Of a stretch of 64,000 nucleotides of DNA, positions 46,322 to 59,287 are shown in pieces. The first letter of the stretch is position 1; each line of letters starts with the position of its first letter. The notes under the pieces were generated by a model. That model did no database searches. It saw only the letters and a program-made list of their open reading frames with translations, and was not told where the DNA came from. The translations under genes and the position numbers were made by a program. Source of the stretch: Orbicella franksi (lineage: Eukaryota); NCBI GenBank assembly GCA_964199315.1, contig OZ116709.1:26598001-26662000 (forward strand), in the 5' to 3' direction.

Positions 46322-49300
46322 TTATCTGTCGAGTGTAACATTCCGGAAAGATCCTGGGAGGAGATAAAGAAACCATAAGTAAATCATCAGATTTTGATAA
46401 AAACAAATCAAAAAATCGAAAACGACAGCCACGACAGTGAGGAACATTCCGAACTAAGATCACTTGTTCAAGAACGGCTAAAGTCCCCTATTTCTTTGTT
46501 CACAAGGGATCAACACCACCCCCATCGTGGGTGCGGTGGCTTCCCGTTGTCTCGTATGGAGGAAAAAATAGCGCTCCTTATCAGCGATGTCTGCATCTTC
46601 GACGAAAAATAAATTAAATTAAAAAATGTCATATTCATACCATCTCCGGGATGTTCGTTTCGTTTCCCAGGAAAAGTGTAAGAGAGTCCCGTCGTACTGT
46701 TGTATAAAACAATTCTATCGCTGTCGTAACTGGCTGCGTAAAGTGTTCGAAGATCAGCAAAACTGTAGAAGACAAAAAATTCTTTCAGAGAGGCTCAAGA
46801 GAGAGGCTCAACATTTCGGCAGCTTTGTTGGTTCAGTAGGAACCACTGCTTACAAAGAAAAAGTAAATGTTTATCATAGAAAATTCGACCGGGGAATTTG
46901 ATTGTCTAGTCGTCATATCTTTTTGCACATTTCAATTCGGGGATTGCTCTTACTTTGGTTCAAGCAAAATGGGTGACAGGCACGTAAAGCGAGCGCAATT
47001 CAAAAACTTGATCTAAAGCAGCACGGCCTACCTCACGCTGGAAGGTCCCTCGAGGCCACCACCCGCAGCATAAACATCGATGAAATTACCTGAAACAACC
47101 AAAACATTCCGATGGAAAAGTCGTACCTTCAAAGTTGTTGCTTGATCAGTTGAGCCTGAGTTTTCAAGTGCCCCCTCGAGGGACATGTTGAGAGCAGTAC
47201 CCACTATCCGTCTTACGGTGCGACTACTCGAACCGGGCCACTTGGAAAAGAGTTAACCAATTAAAACTTTACTTGAGAACAAAGAATAGCGATCATTTTC
47301 TTAAGTAAACCAATAACATTTAATAATACAAACAACATAGTTCTATTACAAAATTGGACACCCAACAAAAGTGTGACTTGTTGCGGACCTCTCAGGAAAC
47401 GTTGCCACTTGTTGATTGGTTTGTTTCGATCCTAAATTTTTAGGTTTAGGTTTAGTTGTCGCAAGACTTGACTACGAGTAGTCCCTCTTTCACTTAGTCC
47501 GTCGAGCGAGACCGTAAATAAACCACGAGGAAATGATGACCGTGTGAAATCCTGAGGGCGAGACGCGCGCGAAAGGAAGGACCTTCCTTTCGCGCGCGTC
47601 CCACCCCGAGGAGTTCGCGCGGCCTTTTTTTTCTCGCGATGTAATTTCGCGCCACGCACAACGGACTATTAAAGCGAAAGTGGTACGACTACTCATAGTC
47701 TATCGCGAGACGAGTTTTCAAATTAGAATTTTCTAGTGAAAATTCGCGGTCAAGGATTGAATGTGTAGAAGTGTATATGACACAGAGGAGTCGATTGTAT
47801 TCACGTATTCATGTAAAACGAACCCTTACTTGTGCTCCCGAAAAAGACAGCACTCCATTGTTCTCAGTTTAAGTTCGGATTAATTGGTTAGTTTTCTTCT
47901 ACGTGGCCGAGTTCAAGTAGTTTCATTGTTAGAGGATTTAGCCGTGAAAAGAATCAGCAAAAAGACTGACAAATAGCAGCGACCTAATCCACGTGACCGC
48001 TTTAGAGCTGCTTCGAGTATATCAGCTTGGGTCTCAAGTAAATCGTGTCAATATCAGAACTCTTTTTTCATTTCACATTTTTCCAAGGGGTTCATAGCCC
48101 TGCGTTGTTGATCTCGTTTAAGGTGCGCATGCGCAACTGTACAGTTTGTTTTCCAATGGCCGCTAATAAAATCTTAAAGACTGTACTAGACGGCACGAAG
48201 TTCCGTTACTTTGTGCCCACGGTACTGCCTAGAAATGTTAACGGAACCCATTGCCGCCTCCTACTGTAGCAGCGGGGTTTTGAAATTAGATTCAAGAATT
48301 CTGTAGGAGTTTACACCTATACTTTTACATTTCAATACCTGTGCGTCCATTAAATCGAAGAATGCTATTCGAAACGTAGCTTGTAACATAGACGTTTCTG
48401 TAATTGAGAACAGAAAGTGCGTTAAGTAATAATAGACTAACCACTCCCAAAACATCACCCAAGTGTTTAAAATCAGGTGCTGCACATAAGATCGATGTAA
48501 AACGCTTTGAACCTTTAGGATAAATCAACCTTGTTCTCCAGGTTCTCGCTCCGGAAGGGCAGGATATGAGGCCCTGGGAACGAGGTTGGGGGCGAAGAAG
48601 GGTAAAGAAGAGCCTGAACGGGGGGAGGAGATAAAAGGGAAGGCAAAACGTGAGGGAGGGGCAGGGCGGGGGGAGAGGGGAAGGTAGAGGGAAAATTCAC
48701 TCACCCATCAGAACCCACAGTCAAGCCGACCGGTTTTTCCACTCTAGCAAATACGCCAAGGTTTTCGCCTAAACGAAGAAAAAAGGCGTTAGAAATCCAC
48801 AAAAAAGAAATCAAGTTTTGCTCCCAAAAAGCTTACTTTTTTTGTCTTCGCCTAGAACAAAACATTCAGCTTCTCCACTCATTGAACTTTCAGCATCTGA
48901 AGTGGTTGCTATCCTGAGGAAATTCGTTTTGAAAGAAGCGACTTCGGAGCCCGCCATTTTGAACTGTACTTGGTAGCCAGGCCGTGTATATGTAACATCA
49001 TTCCGTTCGACTCGCAAGGAGAAAAACCTGCAACTGACTTTATATCCTTCACAAGGTCAGCAAAATGTATTTCTCCAAGCAATTATCCACTTCACTATCC
49101 TCACTGCTATCATTTTCGGAGTTTGGAGCAAGTTTGGCTCAAAATAATACGGCTCAACAGCAGCCATAACTCAGAGAAATAATTAAAAGGCTTGCCGGAA
49201 GCTATTTGAACAAAATCTCTTGGACGGAATGACATCACGAAAATGCGGCCTGGCTGCTGAGTACTGTTCAAAATGGCGGCAACGATGTCGAATCTTGCGC

Positions 49301-52300
49301 TCTCTTTGGAGACGAATTTCAGAAGGTAAACCTGCACTTTAGAGGCGGAAACTTCGGTGAGTGGCTAAACTTGGTGCGAGGTTTTTATTAGCGTTGACAA
49401 AAAATGAAACGTTTTTTGAAGTGACCTTTTCCTTTAATCATCGTTCCCTCCCAGGTTTCATCACAATACCTAGCAACACGAGAGCCTGTTCAGTTTTAAT
49501 GAAAGTGAAAATTTAAGCTATGCTATTTTGCCATCCAAGAAGAATAAACGGTCCGCAATGCGTACTTGTGGGCTTATGGCTAGTGTTATTCTATGCGATC
49601 CATTGGGTTGCCGTATTCTAGTCTTCGAGTAAGCAACTACAAGAATGATAAATACAATACAATAATAAATTATTAAATTAAATACAATAATAAATTAGTT
49701 TGGTAATACTGTCGCGTGACTTGTCGGTTCGCGCTAGGAACGTACTTGAGCCTGCTGTTTTAACTACCCAGCGTTTCCTTACAACCCGATATAATCAATA
49801 TTTTCTCCATGCCAAAAGTAGTTGTCAGTGTGGCACTGAACGATTGAGAAATCGGAAATAACTTACCTTGAAAACTGCAACTAAACTCGCAACTGTAAGT
49901 TGTACAAGAATTACTTAAAACAAAATAAGGGCGCAGACAATACGATAGGAAACAAAGCGCCCAACAAAGCCTGCAGAAGGCTGGCAATGGCCGCCATCGA
50001 AGGACCCGGCGAAGGATCACTCGAAATTACTGGTACCCAATCTAACTATAGGACAAAATATGCTTCGGGAGGTCCGTTACGTGTCATCCCGTATACATGT
50101 ACACAAGATTTGCCCAGACTTAGCGGGCCTTACGCATTTATAATGAATAAGCCCACAAAAAATTATGTGTACACCACATTACTGCAGATGTACTCAGTTC
50201 ACTGACCGGAAGAAGAGTTGAATTTCAGCACAACATCTGTGTAATGGCTGCAGATAAGGAGGGTGCCATCTTTAAGGAATGCGACATCCTCGGGCCTGAA
50301 AATCACAAATTATTACCTTATAGTCGCGCACAAATACTACAATCGAAACCTAGCCTAAGGGGGACCTCCCATAAAGAGGAAACGTCCCAAGGAAACCTCC
50401 CCCGGAGGTGTGTCTTTATGTCTTTTATGGCCAGAGAGGGTTTTGTGCTTGTACAATTCACTCTTGCCTCTATTCTCTCTAGTTGTAATTTTGATCGAGA
50501 CTCTTCGTATAATTTATTTCAGTTATGTGATTAAACATCATGTCTCCTGCGTTTGATTGACATACATATAATTATCATAGAAACGTTTCCATACCCCTTT
50601 AGGCCATGGGTTTTATCAGCAACCTGCAAAATGTCCAGAATATGGTTGTAAAATATATTTAATTCCAGTCAAGACAGGATGATTTTACTACCACCATGAG
50701 CGCACTGTAGACCGCTAGAAGCAAAACGTAGACAGAAGCATTGTCCCCCAACATGCTGTCATCTCTATTTAAGTTTACCGTATACCTTTAGAAGTGTCTC
50801 GCGTCTACATGTAAGTGATGTAACGCGTTCAGTTAAACTGTAAGAGCTGGCTATCAAACCATACCAAGAATTTTGGACGCGAAACACAGGAATTCCCCAG
50901 GAAATGTTCAAATCTAGGCAACTTTACACATGGGCAGAGTTCAAACGTTAGAGAACGTTGTGATGGCTCTCACGCTAACAGTTTAGAATAAGGACTTCAA
51001 GATACGCTACGGTGAGCCTCTACTGCGGCTACTTTGGCCGTGAGGGACTAGGCTGACAACGCCGTTTTCTCCACAAAACTAAACGGATTAAGATTTCGCG
51101 TGTGTAGCCTCTATGTGTGTTTGGAACAATGGCTTCGTTGAAGGGAACAAGGGACTTTATTCTACTTTCATACGACATAGGCTTAATTAAAGATGAGGAT
51201 TTCTTCCTCCTGTATCCGTCTTGCATCTCCCAGAACTTATATTTGCCTCTCAGCGGCTTTTAGAGCTGCCTGTAATTCCAACCACAAAACAAAATAACAC
51301 TGATAAAAAGTTCGAATTGAGCCACAGGCTGGGTGTTCGTACAACGTGATAAACTCGAAATTACATAATTTTTGATTCTCATACAATGCATTTTGAACAG
51401 CAATAAAAAACAATGTTACAGCTCAGCTCAGTATGTACGAAGCTTCCTTGTCTGCGGCTGTTCGGCTGCGTTGCGTTGCGTTGCGCTGCTTAATCTATAT
51501 ATTCATTTCAAATGCCACCGTGAGTTGTCTTTTGCTGCACTCATTGCGTTGCATCGCGTTGCGCTGCGCTGCGTTGCATTGCGTTACGTTTCATTCTGAT
51601 CCTAGAAAAACAAATCCTGTTTTTCCTTTATGGTTGATTATTGCAATCAGGCTTGGTTAAGTCTATATATTACATTCTGTTTAATTTCAAATGCCACCGT
51701 GACTTGTTTTTTGCAGTCAATACTCACCACTCCAAGAAACTCTCCTTCGGGGATCGAGAATTTTACAACTTTATCATTCAGGAAGCTTGCCACATAAAGT
51801 GTGTCGTTAGGTCCAATAGCCATACCCTCAGGACAATCAAGATTACTCTCATTACCAAAGGCACCTACAAACCTGCAAACACATGACACAAAACATTCCT
51901 TAAAACCTAGTGCTAGCTTTCTTGTGTACTGTTAAACATCAGCATAAAAAGAGCAAGATTTCCATAATCCAGAATGTCACCATCTAAAGGCAATAGATTG
52001 CGACCACCTCTCGTAAGCGACCACCTCTCCTCAGCGACCAGTTTTCCAAAATCCCGAAAGTCTCCAAGTCAAATCACTACATTTGGAACCTCTTGTAAGC
52101 GACCAGCTCTTATAAGCGACCGTGACCATTTTTAGAGCCAAAAGTTTGAAATTTTCTTTTGTTTTCGTCCTCCCAAAAGCGACCACTTGACAGATAATTG
52201 AGAGAAAATTGTATAATGTAGATTTTGATGGATCATTTTAACCACTCTTTATCACTTTATGCTACAACCATGGTATCAAAAAACTGCCCAATCATTGGTG

Positions 52301-55300
52301 AACACGTTGTTGTCATTTTCGTGACACAATAAGTTCCCAAAGCAACAGTATGACCCACTAAATACACCCTTAATTACAGCTTTAGGGGCTTAAAATTCAA
52401 AAACAGCACGGTGAAATTTTTTTGTTATCAACTTTTACATGAAATAAGCATGATAAGACGCAACTTTTGGCAAACTTTTAAAAAAATCTGTATACAAGAT
52501 TCACAGCCATCTTAAAGTTTTGAAAATTTAAGGTGGCTCTGAACTCTATGTAAAGAATTTAAAAAAAAATCAACATTTCTAAATTCCAATTCGATCGGGA
52601 ATTCGAGGGCCACGGGTTTGTCAGTCATAAGACTGTTGTGTGTTAGCCTCGTTAAACAAAGTTAATTTATTTATTGCGTTCGACGAAGTGGAACGCAACC
52701 TAACTTTGACCTGTGGCTTTCCAGAGTTGGTTGCCCTGCGCACGGTTATGGGCCGAAAAAAACCACATTCCTGTAAGGACACCAAAATGGCCACCCCGCT
52801 TGATTTTTGCAGGGGCATGTCACGGCCAGTAAACTGGTACCGTTTAATGCTAAGACATGTGATAAGACATGTGGCGAACATGTGAGTATGTGAGCAGGCC
52901 ACGTGAGCTCGTCTTTCCGATGGATCTTTCTTTGACTTCTTTCCATTTAGTCGCCGTACGCTTCGCTATTATGTGCTTTCAGTGTTAGATTTTGGCGAAT
53001 TTAAACGCTTTGACGGTAGTATTTATAGAAGTCTGAGGGAATTGTCCTTGTTTATTAACACGACTTGGCTTTGGGATGATAACCGTGGGAACAGCTACAT
53101 TTTGATTGCATTTGTTGATTAGTTCCAGTCGCGACGGATAGCACAGTCTTTATCAGGTCGAAATTTTATTGTTTGGAATCGGTGGAAAAGTACTCTGAAG
53201 GCAAGATCCATAAGACTACTTTATTCATCTGGGGAAATACTCGAATTAGTCGCACGGAGTTTGTTTACGATAAACGAACACGCGAAACAAGCACGCGATT
53301 GTGAATGCTAGCGTAGAATAATGTAGGTAATTTAAATATTCTATGAAACTTGCGAGTCTACAGAAACTGGCGGCGTCACGCAACGTATCAACAAATCGTG
53401 ACCTCTTCACTAGCATGGACTTTGACACTATGCATATCTGTCTGTAAAACCTCGGTTGCTTCTGAAAAATGTTGATTTTAGCAATAGACAAAGGTTGAAA
53501 GTCAGCTAGTGAAATCATTTATTTACGGTATATATATATATATATTTAAGTGAGAACATCAAAGGCACTCTCATAATCTCTGATTACTACTAGTTTATTT
53601 ATTTTATGTATTTTAAGACTCTCCCAAAAGTTACGTCTTATCGTGGTTGTTAAAATTTGATAATACAAAAATATTTCACCTTGCCATTTTTTAATTATAA
53701 GCTTCTAAAGCTGTAATTAAGGGTGTTTTTAGCAGGTCATACTGTTGCTATGGTAATCTATTGTGCCACAAAAATAATACAAATGTGTTCACCAATAATT
53801 GTGCAGTTTTTTAATACCATGATTGCAACATCAAGTGATAAACAATGGTTACAGCAACCTCTCAAAATCTAAGTGCTGGAAACTGTTTTGAGCCACCTTA
53901 AATGTCTTATTACCACATGCCAATGAGGCAAAATTTTGATCCAATATGGTTTAAGCTCTCGTGGCTTGACATTTTGGGTGATTCCCTACGGGAGGTTCAG
54001 CTGTAATATGATATCAAAAGGTTAGTATAGAAACCAACAGCAAGCCTATCAGGAGCAGTCTTCCTTTTCAATAATTCGTAACCACGAAGAAAGGGACTTT
54101 GAACAGGTTCAATCTTATAATACAATTTAATAACTATATTTACAAAACATTTGGCATTACAAAGACTTTGATCATTACCATGCTACTTTAAAATTAATAA
54201 AAATTGGATGTAAACTTTGTTTTGCCATTGCAAGACATGCAAGTTGCATGTGGAGACATTGCACAGTCTTGCTAGACTTAAGTACAATTTGTGTAGAAAC
54301 AAAATTGTGCTAAAGGAACATTGCCTACAGTACTGTAATAGCCCCTTATTATTGTTTGTCTTTACAAATAAGAGCAAAATCCTATTCTCTTCTATTCTAT
54401 AAATTATAGAATAGAAGAGAATAGGATTTTGTCATTTCAATTGCTAAATAGAATTGCAACTCAATTGAGACTTCAGTCATAAATTCCATATTTTACCTTT
54501 TTGTTTCTAAGTCATACTTGTGGATCTGATCTGTAGTAAAACTTGCCACATACAGGTATTTGACGTCTAAAAAATATATTGAACCACTTCAATTTATCTT
54601 AAATATTAAATATGTCACAACTGATAATTTTTTAACTAACAATTTGGGTAAGTCTTGTACATGGGAAAACTGTTTTTCAATCGATCCTTTACATCTTGGC
54701 ATAGAAAAGCAGGCTGGAGACAAGCCACAGTAATCATCACATCCAATGAGTTACGTACACATTGTTTCTTACCAGCAACCATTCCCCATGGCCCATCAAG
54801 TCCATGACCCTGTGTAAATGTCACAGCTGGGCTTCCTTTTACTCTGGTATCTGTCACATACAAGACCTGGCAAATATTTGATGTACACTGTCAGTCTCAG
54901 AAGTTGATTTTATTTTCATCATAATCAACAGTAACTGTTTCATGTGATGGCGATAGTCTTATCATAATCCATCAAACATTTTCACTTGTGCATGACTGGT
55001 CTAATTAACTCGTGTAACTGAATATGCCCTGGGCAGCTGAAAATAGGGAATATCCAAGTGATATTCCCCAATTTTCACAACTGCACCTGCTGCAAAAAAT
55101 ATTTGAAGGATAATAAACACAACTGCCTCCATTTTGGTGCAAAAATAAGCTCCAAAATTTGTCCTTGGAGATAATCTGTTCCTCAAAGCTCACAGTTTTC
55201 CTCAAGCTATGCTTTCATGATCAGAAAACTGTTGAGTTCACTTCTCAAAACAGATAATGTCCACAGACAAACACCAGAACATACTTCTATGCCCAATGGA

Positions 55301-58300
55301 CTTGCTACTGTTTAATATATACTGTTAAGAAGTTAGCATAGGCCTGCAATGCACCCAAACAGCTTCAGTGACACAGCACACTGAATATGATGCTGGCCTA
55401 TGACAAATTATTTTCAACTGAATAGAGAGCACTGAGTGATCGCTAGTCTCAGGAAAATGAAATTATTAGTGATAGGAAAATTTTCTTACCTGATCAAGTA
55501 AAAAGCTGTCATTGAATCCCAATTATAAGAAAGAAATGAAATTCAAAGATGTTAGTCAAGTACTGAAACGGTTCTAATTATTAGGGAACAGCAGGGAACA
55601 AGTTTGAGGACTGTATTACCACAGTTATCATGTTTTCAAAGATTAAGTCTTGTTAACTTTTCTGCCACACCATGCCAGTGTAACCTTACCTTGATATATA
55701 TAATGTATGATCTGGAGTTGCCAAAATGTATGAGGGTTTGTGCACCTTATCGAGTTCTTCAATTATTTGAGCTGTTTTCCCTTCCCTGAAAATACATACA
55801 TGATGAGTAAATTGATTGCACTTGATAAAATACAAACAAAATTGATGGCCAGGTGACTAACATATTTTCCTTGAGGATATGACTACAAGTATATTAAGGG
55901 AGCTAGCTACCTAAGTGATTATTTCTTCAAGTTACTACAACAATAACATTAACTGCTCAAATCAAAGTTGCTAAGTAAATGAAGTTTAACTAACAACAGA
56001 AGTCAATGATGAGATCTGACTCACCATAAATAATGTGCAACTTGAAATGAAGGATTAATGAATGTATCAGGAAGTGGAAATTCTTGAGGCCCTACAAAAC
56101 AACTGATACAAACAATGCCATAAAATTACTCATATTTAAGCAAATTTTTAGGTTTGTCCTATAATTTCTTGATTACTGTATAACACAGCTCATTAAACCA
56201 CTGATCACCAACTGGCAACACTGATGTCACAGATTTCAATTGCAAAATCTAAACCCTTACTGATAACCAGATCTCTCCTGGCCTTGGACACAAAGGAGAA
56301 TGAGCCCTTGTTTTTAAGATGTAATCAATCAGCTTCTAAATTCAGCATGGGCCATTCCATTAAATATCCCCTCCCCTACCCATCTATTGAAGTACCTTGA
56401 CTTTTACCCCCTCAGATAAGTAAACTTTTCAATCCACAGAGAAAGAGAAAGAAAGATCAAAGTGCTGGCACACTTCCCCTTTCAGAGTTTATAAAAAATC
56501 ACAGGAATCAACACAATTTCCTCCTCAGAAATGGCCTTTAAAGACCACCCCCGCCCCCCATTCCCCCCAGATTTCCTGGTACCTCAATGGGGGGTGGGGG
56601 GTACAGGGTGCAGATAAAAAATGGAATGGCCTAATGTAAGAAAACTGCTGTATTCAGCTCAAGCTTAAGCTGATATAAGAAATCTGAACAAGTATCAGGG
56701 GTATCAAATGGTCTTTGTAAGCATTTGTAAGCATGCAAGCAGTGGGTTTATTTTTGCAAGCACACTAGCAGTAATCAAATTTGTCTTGCAAGCAGTGAGC
56801 ACTTAAGAAAATACAGATGGTAAGCAGTGAGCACTTTGCAAAAAAAAGAAAAAAAAAACTTGAAGTTTGCAAATTTCCCACTAGCTGGATTAATTCTCTC
56901 TTTTATTAAGGGAAACATTGTTTTACACTTAGTAATCTGGCTGACACCCCCAAAACAGGTCAATGGGCGCAATCACGGTTCAACCAATCTCAGCAGCTAA
57001 CAGCAATTATACCTTGTTTGATGCAACATTACATCACCTAGCTTCACGTAAGTCAGTGTCAGTGAGCTTCAGTGGGTAGATGCTCAAAGAAAATCTTAAG
57101 CTTTCTAAACCGATGCTGTGAACATTAACACACCATGAGAAGAAGCTAAAAGGTACCAGACTTAAAAGTGTCATGACATGGATGGTTTTGTTGGTTATAT
57201 AATTCTTAGGAAATGTAAGCTATGTGGCATTTAGTCTGACAGACATTTCGCCTTTCAGCTTCAATGATGATCAGCAAACTGTCCAACCTGATTTCCCACT
57301 GATTGACTGATGCCGTGTTTTCATGAGAGAGGTTTACTATGGTTACTGCTCACCAAGGTTTTGTAACTAAATCACAGTTATTAGAGAAACCGTTTACATG
57401 GAACTAATTAACTAGAGTAGGCTGCATACAACAGATGTTTTTAGGTTTTCTTGGAAAGCAAGTGCTGCAATGTTGCACAGAAACTATTATTTATAATAAT
57501 ATTATTCTTATCTTTAATTGGAATATATATTTACAGTCTTTGCCCAATAAAGTTTATAAACTGGAAAATTATAAAATTTCTGACTTTACTCCAATGCCAA
57601 ACACAGGTCATTGTCAATTTTCAGGAAGTGAAGTTGAGCCAAACTCTCCATAAATGTAAAGCTTTGCAGATGAATAGTGCAAAGAAAATTTTGATATCTT
57701 GCTCAGAGCCGGCTCTTCCCACAAAGAAACCGAAAAGGCATCTGCAATGACGCCCGGGCTACGTAGATGTTTACCAGTTCTTCTTGTTATTCGGGGCCGC
57801 TTTAAATTCTAACATTTGCTTTTCTTCTCTCCCTTTGTGGTAGGTCTTCTTCTAGTTGTGCCCTGCCTGTGCCCTGCTACTAAGTTACTGAGTTTCTACC
57901 AGAAAGGAAACACTCATGGCTCTTGACGATGAACAGGTAACAGCAGTCTGGGATTTCTTTGCCTAAATTTGGGTTAATTTAGCTTTTTTTTCCAGTTGAC
58001 TTGAAACCTACTTATATTAAAAGCAATCTTTGTCTATTTTTCTCCTCTTTATGCACTGAACATGTGAACACTAGCTGCCAAGATGTCGCGACAACGTCTG
58101 CTTTTCCTCTGTTACTGTTGGTTACTGAGCTAAACCATGCCTGATGAGGCGTTCAACTGTCGACAAACCAAGATTGGCTTACTTTTGATTTTGCCACCAT
58201 TTGCCAAGGTTTGCTACTCAGTGTTTACACGATTGAAAAATTCACTTCAGTAAAATTAAAACAAAACCAAGGTAAACATCTTTCGTGAAAATACAGGCTG

Positions 58301-59287
58301 AAAAAGATTTAATGCAATAAAGCTTCATTTGGAGACCTCTGGGATCATACAGATCTGACAAGCCCTGAAGGTCAAAAAGTATAAATATAGTAATATTCAT
58401 CATGTCTTCATGTCTCTATATTACGTTCTACCTTTGCGGGCACCTTTTGCAAAGAATTCTGTACATAGGGATCTGAGAGCCACCTTAAATTTTGAAAACT
58501 TTAAGGTGGCTCTAATCCCCATGTAGAGTTTTTTTTTTTAAACTGCACCAAAAGTTGCATCTTACCCTGTTTATCGAAGTAATTTCACCATGCCTTTTTT
58601 GAATTATAAGCCCTCAAAGCTGTAATTAAGTGTGTTTTTAGCAGGACGTACTGTTACTATGTGGTAACCTATCCTGTCACGAAAATGATAACGTATTCAT
58701 GCACCAATGATTGGGCAGTTTTTTGATGCCATAATTATTGCACCAACTTATACTGAGTGTTTATAATGACCGATCAAAAACTAAGTCTTGGAAAGTGCTG
58801 GAAATTGTTTTGCGTCACCTTAACGGGAATCCGAGCATGCAAGCACTAGCAAAACTTTTGCGAGCACGAGCAAGCGAGCACTCATCTAATTATTTTATTG
58901 CGAGCAATTCGAGCAAAGGCCAAATTTATCCCATACCCCTAGTATAAGCTAACGTTCTTGTGAGGTAAGCTTATGGACGAATGGTTGATTTCCAACGGGT
59001 GTTACTAAAAGATTTATTCATTCCAAAGATTTCTATCGATTTTTAGCGATCATCGATTACACTGATCGCCGGCATAATTCCCGGCAAAATTTAGATTTGT
59101 AGATTTTATCCCAGAAAGCTTTGTTGTCAAGATTGTGGAATAAATCTTAAACGTGTAGCAACTGTGCTACAACTGAAACTTTAAATATCTTTTTAAAACT
59201 GCATTGTGTGTATCTCCATACTTACCAATTTGAGAGAAGCCACGTCAAATAAATTAAATAAACCTTTTCTGCCGTTTCGTCCGCCAT
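46322..59287 (-). CDS. NHL/Vgb-type six-bladed beta-propeller protein, probably secreted, 14 exons, about 347 aa
   Basis: Minus-strand exons: 59287-59226, 57145-57038 (alternative in-frame acceptor at 57160), 55785-55690, 55505-55490, 54866-54773, 54566-54497, 51872-51728, 50623-50595, 50295-50207, 48768-48705, 48397-48339, 47089-47032, 46762-46641, 46353-46322. All are GT-AG with compatible phases (1044 nt). The six repeats start VHKPSYILATPDHTLYISSF, LDGPWGMVADVKYLYVASF, LDCPEGMAIGPNDTLYVASF, LKGPEDVAFLKDGTLLICSH, VEKPVGLTVGSDGNVYVTSY and LEGPSSVSFADLRTLYAASY. The first two exons and the last exon are less certain. Confidence 0.85.
47468..47702. mobile_element. Palindromic MITE family D, copy 2, with a perfect central 19-bp hairpin
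   Basis: gactacgagtagtccct...cgactactcatagtc termini. The centre reads gacgcgcgcgaaaggaagg-a-ccttcctttcgcgcgcgtc (47562-47600). Confidence 0.75.
52000..52200 (+). mobile_element. Non-autonomous element fragment with repeated gcgaccac motifs
   Basis: Repeated taagcgaccacctctc units and a ggaacctc motif. Confidence 0.5.
52221..52560 (+). mobile_element. Repeat family A, copy 2
   Basis: Aligns with 1271-1610. Confidence 0.75.
53672..53901 (-). mobile_element. Repeat family A, copy 3 (inverted, partial)
   Basis: Reverse complement of copies 1 and 2 (aagctgtaattaagggtgtttttagcagg...taccatgattgcaacatcaagtgataaa). Confidence 0.7.
54375..54431. repeat. Perfect palindrome: 28-bp arms, 1-nt spacer
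   Basis: caaaatcctattctcttctattctataa-a-ttatagaatagaagagaataggattttg. Confidence 0.95.
58450..58823 (-). mobile_element. Repeat family A, copy 4 (inverted)
   Basis: Reverse complement of copies 1 and 2, including gagccaccttaaattttgaaaactttaaggtggctc. Confidence 0.75.

Noticed and set aside
57774-57952. Extra propeller-gene exon(s) (...EFKAAPNNKKNW|gtaaac)
   Set aside because: In-frame stops lie upstream and the start phase is incompatible with exon 1. The 57145-57038 exon gives a cleaner, signal-peptide-forming join.
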